This document shows positions 43,536 through 49,751 of a DNA stretch of 49,751 nucleotides, piece by piece (the stretch's first letter is position 1; every line of letters starts with the position of its first letter). The notes beneath the pieces are model-generated. The model saw nothing but the letters and a program-made list of their open reading frames with translations. It had not been told where the DNA came from and did no database searches. This DNA comes from a virus. Lineage: Duplodnaviria; Caudoviricetes. Both the position numbers and the translations under genes were made by a program. The stretch covers positions 1 through 49,751 of IMG/VR virus record IMGVR_UViG_3300037692_000257, one strand, 5' to 3'.

Positions 43536-43715
43536 TTACGCCGCCGTGTGCCGGCCGGCCGTCCGCAGATAGCGCTCGATCGCCTCGACGGTCACGAACG
43601 AGCTGCCCCGGATCTTCGTGATCGCCAGGCGCCGGTCGGCGATCAGCCGGTAGACCGTGCGGCGGCTGACCCGGAGCCGGCGCGCGGCTTCGTCGAGGGT
43701 CAGGAGCTCAGCCAT
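43536..43715 (-). CDS. xis: Excisionase (HTH_17/MerR-like)
   Basis: LLTLDEAARRLRVSRRTVYRLI directly upstream of int. Confidence 0.85.
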   Translation of the reverse strand: MAELLTLDEAARRLRVSRRTVYRLIADRRLAITKIRGSSFVTVEAIERYLRTAGRHTAA

Positions 43716-43908
43716 CCAGCCGCCTCGTCGACTGCGCGACATGCTGGACCTCGTACAGGCTCAGGCCCGGCTTCGTCGTCACCCTGATGACCCACCAGCC
43801 GTTGGCCTCCGGTCGCACGTCGAAGGCAGCTTCCTCGCGGACCAGGGCAACGGCGACCCGTTCCACCTGCTCGGCGCTGCGGAGCCGGATCACGCCGCGC
43901 TCAGCCAT
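43708..43908 (-). CDS. Hypothetical protein (66 aa)
   Basis: GGAG RBS; overlaps xis. Confidence 0.55.
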   Translation of the reverse strand: MAERGVIRLRSAEQVERVAVALVREEAAFDVRPEANGWWVIRVTTKPGLSLYEVQHVAQSTRRLDG

Positions 43909-43947
43909 TGGCCAGCTCCAGGAGCACGTCGGCGTGACAGGCTCTCC

Positions 43948-44643
43948 TCATCGGGTGTCGGTCGGCGGCAGGGTGACGCCGGGCATACCGCGCAGGTCCT
44001 CGACCGCCACCTCCACCCGACCGCGGCTCAACGGGGCCAGGACGCGGAACGCGGCGGGCGACAGGTCGATCGCGTTGTGCGTGCCGCCGCAGGCGCAGTG
44101 GCTGACCACGAGCACGTCCACCGAGCGGTCGCCCCGCGAGACCCGGACCCGGTACGGCTCGTCGCCGAAGCGAAAGCCGAATACGGCGCCGAGCTTCGCG
44201 TCGCCGCCCCACGACTGGCACTGCGTCGGCGTGGGGGCGCACCACGTCGCGGAGGCGCTGTAGAGCGCGGTGCCGATGTCCCCGGACGGAGACGGTATCG
44301 GCGCCTCCGACCGGGGTTGCGGGGTGCCGTCAGTGCCTGCCGCCGGTGAGCCGCGGACTACCGCCGGACCCGGGCTGTGCGGCGCCCCGCTCGTCGCCGG
44401 AGTGGACCGCTGCCCGGACAGGTCGACAGGCAGGGTGGACTCGGGCGACGAGCTAGGAGTCGCATCGACGATGCTTGAGCCGACAAGCACCAGCGCGGCG
44501 AGCCACACGCCGATGCAGATGCCGAGGGCGACGTGGACGCAGCCGAGCGGGGCGGGCCGGTGCGAGGGCAGCTCGACCGGCTCGGGCTCGACGTAGTAGC
44601 CGTCGTCGATGAGGTGCGGCGGACGATGGGGTGGTGTGCTCAT
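43948..44643 (-). CDS. Membrane-anchored RlpA-like/DPBB protein (231 aa)
   Basis: TM helix, Pro/Ser linker, ATW...IDLSPAAFRVLAPLSRGRVEV double-psi barrel motif. Confidence 0.75.
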   Translation of the reverse strand: MSTPPHRPPHLIDDGYYVEPEPVELPSHRPAPLGCVHVALGICIGVWLAALVLVGSSIVDATPSSSPESTLPVDLSGQRSTPATSGAPHSPGPAVVRGSPAAGTDGTPQPRSEAPIPSPSGDIGTALYSASATWCAPTPTQCQSWGGDAKLGAVFGFRFGDEPYRVRVSRGDRSVDVLVVSHCACGGTHNAIDLSPAAFRVLAPLSRGRVEVAVEDLRGMPGVTLPPTDTR

Positions 44644-44984
44644 CGCAGCCTCCTCTCGATCTCGTCCATGTCGCCGGGGCGCCACGTGCCGACGTAGGCG
44701 CGGCGGACGGCGCCGAACGCCTCGAGCCACTCGCGCTGGCCCGTCTCGTAGCGGCCGCCCGACGCCTTGAGCTCGACGGCCAGGAGCAGGTCGCCCCGAA
44801 CGGCGACGATGTCCGGCCAACCCGGATCGCCCTGCTGCTCGGCGAGGTCGGCCCGGCGGATGTGGTGCCATTTCCAGCGGCCGAGGGTCAGGCGCTTCTC
44901 GACGTCGACGAGCAGATCCTTCTCGGGCGTGGCGCCGGCGAGCAGGCGGCGGTACTCCTCGACGGACGTGAGGTTGCGGGCCAT
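44640..44984 (-). CDS. VRR-NUC domain PD-(D/E)xK nuclease
   Basis: GWPDIVAVR...VELKASGG...QREWL. Confidence 0.85.
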   Translation of the reverse strand: MARNLTSVEEYRRLLAGATPEKDLLVDVEKRLTLGRWKWHHIRRADLAEQQGDPGWPDIVAVRGDLLLAVELKASGGRYETGQREWLEAFGAVRRAYVGTWRPGDMDEIERRLR

Positions 44985-45227
44985 CAGCGATCACCGGCCC
45001 GAATGCTTGAACCTGACTCAGTGGAAAGCTGCGGCTGATTGCGGTCCTCTGCCTCGACAGGGCTCGAGGAATTGACCCCCCTTGGGGTAGGAGATCGCAG
45101 GAACGCCGGCAGCGGGTCTGCATCGGCTGGCGGAGCCGGCGCGGCCACGACGGGCTCAGGCCCCGTAGGACCCGTCTGCAAACCGCCCACAAACTCCCAG
45201 GTGCCCCCCTCTAAAGAGGGGCCCTGG

Positions 45228-45318
45228 CGGTTAGTGCGTGAGTTAGAACCGGTTAGAACCCGGTTAGAACCCCACTTCTCTAACCGGTTAGAGCCGGTTA
45301 GCAACCGGGTTAGAACCA
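45228..45318. repeat. Iteron cluster, putative replication origin
   Basis: About seven (G)GTTAG(AACC) repeats and perfect palindrome CTCTAACCGGTTAGAG (45278-45293) just downstream of the helicase gene. Confidence 0.75.
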
Positions 45319-45344
45319 GCGCAGCCGATGCCCAAACAGGGGTC

Positions 45345-46607
45345 CTACACGGCATGGCCAGCCTCCTCCGGCAGCAGCTCCCAGAAGCCCGAGGGCAGCC
45401 TGTTGAACCGATCCTTGTACTTGTAGAGCAGCGCCTCGACCTTCCGTTGCTCGTGCTCGAGGTCCTCGGCAATCTGCTCACTCGACAGGTGCCCGCGGAC
45501 CAACAGTGACGTGATCCGATCGACCAGGCTCAGGCTCTCGGTGAGGGCCACGGGCATCGATTCGAGCCGCTCATAGGTGATCTCGCCCTGGTCGCCATAC
45601 GCGACGCTGATGGGCTGAGGCGCCAGGAGCTCCGAGTCGTTCGCCTTGGTGTGGTAGAGCCCGAGCACCGAGCCGTGGGGCGTCCTGGTGCGTCGCAGCT
45701 CGAACGTGGCGCGGGCCAGGTTGCTCTTGTAGATCGAGCCGTACGGCCTGCTCCGTCGGTTGGTCGTGTCGGCATCGGCCCGGTTGACGTGGTCGATCGC
45801 GAGCACCGTGGTGGCCAGGTAGCCGAACGCGCTGAACAACCGGATGGCGCTCTCGTTGGCGTCGGTGCCCTCGCCACCCGTGCCTGCCGCCATGCCCACG
45901 CTGTCGACGACGACCAGGCCGTAGCCGCGCTGGTCGACCAGGCGCGCGACGTCCTCGGCGAACGAGTAGAGCGCGCCGCGCCGGCGGCAGTTCATGTAGT
46001 CGACCTGGACGATGCGCGGGACGTGGGCGCCCATGGCGACGCCGCGCACCCGGCGGTTGATGCTGGCCCGCCCGGCCTCCCAGTCGAGGTACAGGATCGG
46101 GGCCTTACGCGGCGTCCAGCGCTCGAGCACGGCCACGCCCTCCTGGACGCTGACCGCGATCGCGACGGCGAGCGTGCTCTTCCCGGTCCCTCCGTCGCCG
46201 TACAGGATGCTGACCTGGTCGAGCGGCAGGAGCGGTTCGAGCCGGTAGCTCTCGCCGACCGGGATCGGCAGCGCGCCGACCGATTCGACCGGATCGCCCT
46301 CGCGCTCGGCCGCCATGACCCGCCGGCAGAAGTCCTCGAGCAGGTCCTCCCAGTCGACGTCGTCGGTGTTGGCGCGCTTGGCGAGGATCCGGGCGAGCGT
46401 CGTTCGCGTCGTGCCACCCGAGAGGTTGAAGCGGGCCGAGTGCAGGTGGCCGTCGGCGCTCCTGGTGCCCGGCAGGGCGCACGCCACCGACAGCTCGCCG
46501 TGGAGCTCGCCGCGCGTGCGGTTGAGCCGGTCGACCGCGATCTCGATCGTCAGCTCAGGCACGCGCATGACGTAACCCAGCCCTTCTCGAGCAAAGGTGC
46601 GCCTCAC
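45345..46607 (-). CDS. RepA-like AAA_25 (SF4) replicative helicase with C-terminal wHTH
   Basis: Walker A GDGGTGKS, YLDWE, Walker B VVVDS, IDH, YGS..K. Confidence 0.88.
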   Translation of the reverse strand: MRRTFAREGLGYVMRVPELTIEIAVDRLNRTRGELHGELSVACALPGTRSADGHLHSARFNLSGGTTRTTLARILAKRANTDDVDWEDLLEDFCRRVMAAEREGDPVESVGALPIPVGESYRLEPLLPLDQVSILYGDGGTGKSTLAVAIAVSVQEGVAVLERWTPRKAPILYLDWEAGRASINRRVRGVAMGAHVPRIVQVDYMNCRRRGALYSFAEDVARLVDQRGYGLVVVDSVGMAAGTGGEGTDANESAIRLFSAFGYLATTVLAIDHVNRADADTTNRRSRPYGSIYKSNLARATFELRRTRTPHGSVLGLYHTKANDSELLAPQPISVAYGDQGEITYERLESMPVALTESLSLVDRITSLLVRGHLSSEQIAEDLEHEQRKVEALLYKYKDRFNRLPSGFWELLPEEAGHAV

Positions 46608-47131
46608 CGCAGGAACGCGGGAAGCTCATCGTCATCCTCAACAGGCGCATCTACGATCGGGGCCTCCTCTTCGTCGCTCTCGTGCGCCGCCCGGTGCTGG
46701 GCGGCCTGCTGCAGCGCGACGTCGTTGAGGCGTCGCTCCTGGGCCATCCGCGCGTCGTCCATGCGCTCGCGGATCCGGCGCTCTTCGGCCTGGCTGGTCG
46801 CCGCGCGCAGGTCCGCCTCGAGGCCGACCGGCTCGCCCGCCAGGCGCGCGAAGCCCCGGAGCTCGCCCGCGATCGAGCCCAGGACGATCCGGTACGGCGC
46901 GTACGCCGGCCCGGCCTTGAGCGGCTCCCGCTCGAGCAGGCCGTACAGGTACGCGGCGACCGTCTCCCACTCGCGCGGCGCGAGGTCGCTGGCCAGGAGC
47001 CCGGTCGTCTGGAACGTGAGGAGCGTCCGCTCGCGCCCGGTGACCAGGACGGCGCGGTCCTGCTCGTCGAACTCGACCTGCGCGGCCGCGACGGTCTCGG
47101 GCGTGATGGTGCTCTGGACGGGTAGACTCAC
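46604..47131 (-). CDS. Hypothetical replication-region protein (175 aa)
   Basis: Coupled to the helicase gene; acidic C-terminus DDDELPAFLR. Confidence 0.7.
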   Translation of the reverse strand: MSLPVQSTITPETVAAAQVEFDEQDRAVLVTGRERTLLTFQTTGLLASDLAPREWETVAAYLYGLLEREPLKAGPAYAPYRIVLGSIAGELRGFARLAGEPVGLEADLRAATSQAEERRIRERMDDARMAQERRLNDVALQQAAQHRAAHESDEEEAPIVDAPVEDDDELPAFLR

Positions 47132-47342
47132 GGCAGGCGCCCTCGATGCGTGGTTGGTCTGACAACTGCCACTCTATCGGGGGCGCCGGTTGCGTTGGTC
47201 AACGAACCGCGAGCCCGCCCACGCTCAGCTGTGGAGAGCCAGCTCGCGGAAACCCAGCTCGCGGAAACCAGGCCGATGTCCACAGCCGATCCACAACGCG
47301 ACGCTGTAGTAGTCCGCCCAGGCACGGAGATCCGGAGCGCGC

Positions 47343-48203
47343 TCACAAGGCCATCGCCAGCTGCCCACGGTCGTCCGAATCGATCGTCTCCAGCATCTCG
47401 CGATCAGGCTTGCCGACCTTGCGCTCGCGCCGCACGACGCGCGATTGCGGGTAGCCCTCCAGCGCCGCCTTGATCGAGCCGATCGTGCCCATGCCGTTCG
47501 TCTCGAAGTAGGCGCACAGCTCGTCGATTACTGGGACCCCGTCGGGGGTGACCATCGACGCAATGCCCGGCACGTTCTCGAACACGAACGCTTTCGGCTG
47601 GATCTCGACGACCAAGCGAGCGAACTCGAAGACGAGCGAGTTGCGCGGATCGTGGACGTTCCGCCGCCCGGCCACCGAGAAGCCCTGGCAGGGCGGGCCG
47701 CCCGAGACGACGTCGACCTCACCACGTTCGAGTCCGAGCGCATCAAGGATCTGGTCACCCGTGAAGTTGCGAACGTCGCCGAAGAAGAACTGCTCGCAGC
47801 CGCGCACGCTCGGCGGCTCTCCGCTGATGTAGGCGGACCCGGCAACGGGCATCGTCGCCCACTCCTTCTTCCCGCCAGCCTTCCATTCGCGCTCCAGGGC
47901 GCGGTTGAGCTTCGCCTCGCTCTCGGGCGTATCGAAGTGGATCTGGACGCCCGGGCGGGCAAGGTTCGTCATGTAGGTGATCGCCGACGACTCGTCGTGG
48001 TCCATGGCGGCCGCGACGTGGAAGCCCGCCTGGTGGAACCCGAGGCCCATCCCGCCCGCGCCGCAGAACAGGTCGACGGCTACCGGGCGGTCGTACAGGT
48101 CTTCCTTGGTCGGCTGAGGCGGCAGGTACAGGCCCATGGGCGTTCGGTCCCAGCCGTCGCCGAGATAGGCCGAGCGTTCCGTGCGCGGCGTCTGGTACGT
48201 CAC
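47343..48203 (-). CDS. DNA cytosine-5 methyltransferase, catalytic N-terminal part only
   Basis: Motif I DLFCGAGG, IV GGPPCQGFS, VI FENV, VIII-like GYPQSR; no TRD, IX or X visible. Confidence 0.85.
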   Translation of the reverse strand: MTYQTPRTERSAYLGDGWDRTPMGLYLPPQPTKEDLYDRPVAVDLFCGAGGMGLGFHQAGFHVAAAMDHDESSAITYMTNLARPGVQIHFDTPESEAKLNRALEREWKAGGKKEWATMPVAGSAYISGEPPSVRGCEQFFFGDVRNFTGDQILDALGLERGEVDVVSGGPPCQGFSVAGRRNVHDPRNSLVFEFARLVVEIQPKAFVFENVPGIASMVTPDGVPVIDELCAYFETNGMGTIGSIKAALEGYPQSRVVRRERKVGKPDREMLETIDSDDRGQLAMAL

Positions 48204-48625
48204 GTCTTCGCCGCCAACATCGGCAGCCCGCCGGCGGCGAGGGTCTGCTCGAGCGTCCGGCCATCCTTGAGCACGCGGTACGGCAGCAGCTCGCGATCGA
48301 GCGTCGTGTCGCCCGAGGCGACGAACTCCAGCTTCGCCTTGAGCAGCAGGACGTTCGCGCGCCAGCGCCGGCGCCATTCGGCGTCGAGCTTGGCCTGCTC
48401 GTCGTACGCGTTCGGGTAGAGGCGCCGGATCTCGGCGATCGTCGGCTTGACCATCGACAGCCGATACGAGCCGCCGCCCAGCTCGAACATCAGCTCGTCG
48501 CCCTCGGGCGCGGCCATCCAGCCCATCCGCTGGACGCCATGCTTCGCGAGGATCCCGGTGATCTCGCCGCGCGACGAGTCCACGCTGACCTTCGTGCCCT
48601 CGGCGTACCGGCGCACGGCGGTCAC
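48200..48625 (-). CDS. Conserved phage protein (141 aa)
   Basis: YAEGTKVSVDSSRGEI...RRRWRANVLLLKAKLE pattern; coupled overlaps. Confidence 0.75.
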   Translation of the reverse strand: MTAVRRYAEGTKVSVDSSRGEITGILAKHGVQRMGWMAAPEGDELMFELGGGSYRLSMVKPTIAEIRRLYPNAYDEQAKLDAEWRRRWRANVLLLKAKLEFVASGDTTLDRELLPYRVLKDGRTLEQTLAAGGLPMLAAKT

Positions 48626-48807
48626 GCCGTCACCTCCGCCGCCCGCACGGCCAGGGTGACGACCCATTCGCCGTTGGGCGATCGCTCGACCCGGACCAGC
48701 GTCTTGACCGTCCAGCCTTCCGCGCGCGCCTGCGCCTTGGCAAGTTCGCGCGCCTCGTCGGCGTCGGCCGCCCGAACGCGGTACGGGAAGTGGAAGAGGG
48801 CGCTCAC
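48622..48807 (-). CDS. Hypothetical protein (61 aa)
   Basis: GTGA-coupled ORF. Confidence 0.6.
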   Translation of the reverse strand: MSALFHFPYRVRAADADEARELAKAQARAEGWTVKTLVRVERSPNGEWVVTLAVRAAEVTA

Positions 48808-49121
48808 GCCGCGATCTCCCCGACGGATCGCTGCCAGACGACCAGCGCGCCGCGCAGCTCGTACACGCACTGCTTGCGCCAGTAGTACGGCTCGCCGCGC
48901 CGGTTCGCGAAGCTGCAGCCCGCGACGCGGCCCATCGCGTCGATCAGGAACCGGAGCTCGGGGCTGGCGTTCACGGACAGCCTGACGGCCGTCAGGCGCT
49001 CACAGAGCCGCTCAGCGGCCTCCCGGCGCTCGGTGTACCGGAGCGAGCCCGGCAGGTTGGCGGTGGGCCGCCACGCGAGGTCCAGGGCCGCGTCGATGGC
49101 GGCGCGGGTGGCGGGGCTCAC
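48804..49121 (-). CDS. Hypothetical protein (105 aa)
   Basis: GTGA-coupled ORF. Confidence 0.6.
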   Translation of the reverse strand: MSPATRAAIDAALDLAWRPTANLPGSLRYTERREAAERLCERLTAVRLSVNASPELRFLIDAMGRVAGCSFANRRGEPYYWRKQCVYELRGALVVWQRSVGEIAA

Positions 49122-49339
49122 GCCGTCGCCTTCCCTGAGCCGTCGCAGACAACCGGGTCTGGCTCATCGTGCTGGCAGGAGCACCCAGCGGCGAGGCAGT
49201 GGTACCGAAACCGGTGGTGCGCGGTGAGGCCATGACCGCACCGGCACCGGTTTCGGCGGTGTTCGCGGAGCTGCCCGCCACGGCGCAGCGCGACGTCGGC
49301 GCCGCAGACGGGGCAGCGGCCGCGAGGAAGCGCTGCCAT
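49118..49339 (-). CDS. Cys/His-rich zinc-finger protein (73 aa)
   Basis: CPVC, CRCGH..H...C...CSC motifs. Confidence 0.65.
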   Translation of the reverse strand: MAALPRGRCPVCGADVALRRGGQLREHRRNRCRCGHGLTAHHRFRYHCLAAGCSCQHDEPDPVVCDGSGKATA

Positions 49340-49645
49340 CTAGTCGACGAGCGCGATCGTGACGCGGTCCGACGCCCCGGTCTCGAACTGGACGCTGCGC
49401 GCCTCGACAGGCCGCCGGGTGATCCGGAACCGGCCGCAGCGCACGGCGCCGCCGACCGGGAGCTCCAGCTTGGCGATCTCGCCGCTGGCCGCGTCGCCGG
49501 CGAACCTGTACTCGGCGCGGGCCGCGGTGACCTTCTCCTTGGCGGACTGCCGCGCCTCCAGGGCGGCCTTGAGGTCGGCGTCCTCGATCGTGACCTCGTC
49601 GAACGCCTGCTGCGCCTGGACCTCGGGGACGGAGCGGAGTGCCAC
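49340..49645 (-). CDS. Hypothetical protein (101 aa)
   Basis: ORF continuing the operon across the circular junction from 42-275. Confidence 0.7.
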   Translation of the reverse strand: MALRSVPEVQAQQAFDEVTIEDADLKAALEARQSAKEKVTAARAEYRFAGDAASGEIAKLELPVGGAVRCGRFRITRRPVEARSVQFETGASDRVTIALVD

Positions 49646-49751
49646 GGCGCTAGACCTTCTCGGCCGTGGCGTTGACCTGGGCGTAGCCGCGCGCGCGGAA
49701 CGCCTCCTCGGTCCACTCGGCGATCTTGTCGTTGGTCGGGACGTAGCTGCC
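49609..49751 (+). repeat. Terminal direct repeat / assembly overlap, copy 2
   Basis: Matches 1-143 with one mismatch. Confidence 0.95.

Noticed and set aside
44984-45481. 165-aa minus-strand ORF
   Set aside because: Overlaps the helicase 3' end and the iteron cluster; its repeated LTGSN words come from the DNA repeats
47128-47346. 72-aa ORF as the missing methyltransferase beta subunit
   Set aside because: No motif IX/X-like sequence; coding status uncertain
1-49751. Abundant CTCGAG and CGATCG/GCGATCGC words as HIP1-like repeats
   Set aside because: Plausibly due to codon pairs (CTC GAG, GCG ATC GC) in high-GC genes; cannot be supported without a codon-aware count

Overview
The window is a complete, circularly permuted genome (~49.6 kb; 143-bp terminal overlap) of a high-GC temperate siphovirus-like phage. 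The host is unknown (Actinomycetota or Chloroflexota is a guess from GC content and gene style). Nearly all genes are on the minus strand, in this order: cro and early genes, HNH genes, putative SSAP and SbcCD, truncated C5-methyltransferase, AAA_25 helicase and iteron origin, xis, int, attP, lysis, terminase, intein-containing portal, head, appendage proteins, neck and tail, tape measure, tail tip. Only the repressor, its neighbour and one cassette are on the plus strand. That cassette (18965-20349), between the tail-assembly-chaperone and tape-measure genes, is the main finding. It has a sigma70-type promoter, a stand-alone RAMP/Cas7-like gene, a 153-aa accessory gene and a non-coding array of 53 in-phase GGY-NN pentamers, which matches my recollection of VIPR-type RNA-guided systems. 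Reading the variable NN dinucleotides as codon positions 1+2 gives peptides homologous but not identical to the phage's own flanking genes: the tape-measure N-terminus (VTEAARLWIVVGAD vs MSEAARLWITVGSD) and the tail chaperone (RIRGMTKAQEIEVR vs RVRAMTKQRQLEIR). This suggests gapped, wobble-skipping guides against the tail genes of a related phage, with the resident copies diverged enough to escape. All calls are by eye; no database searches were run.
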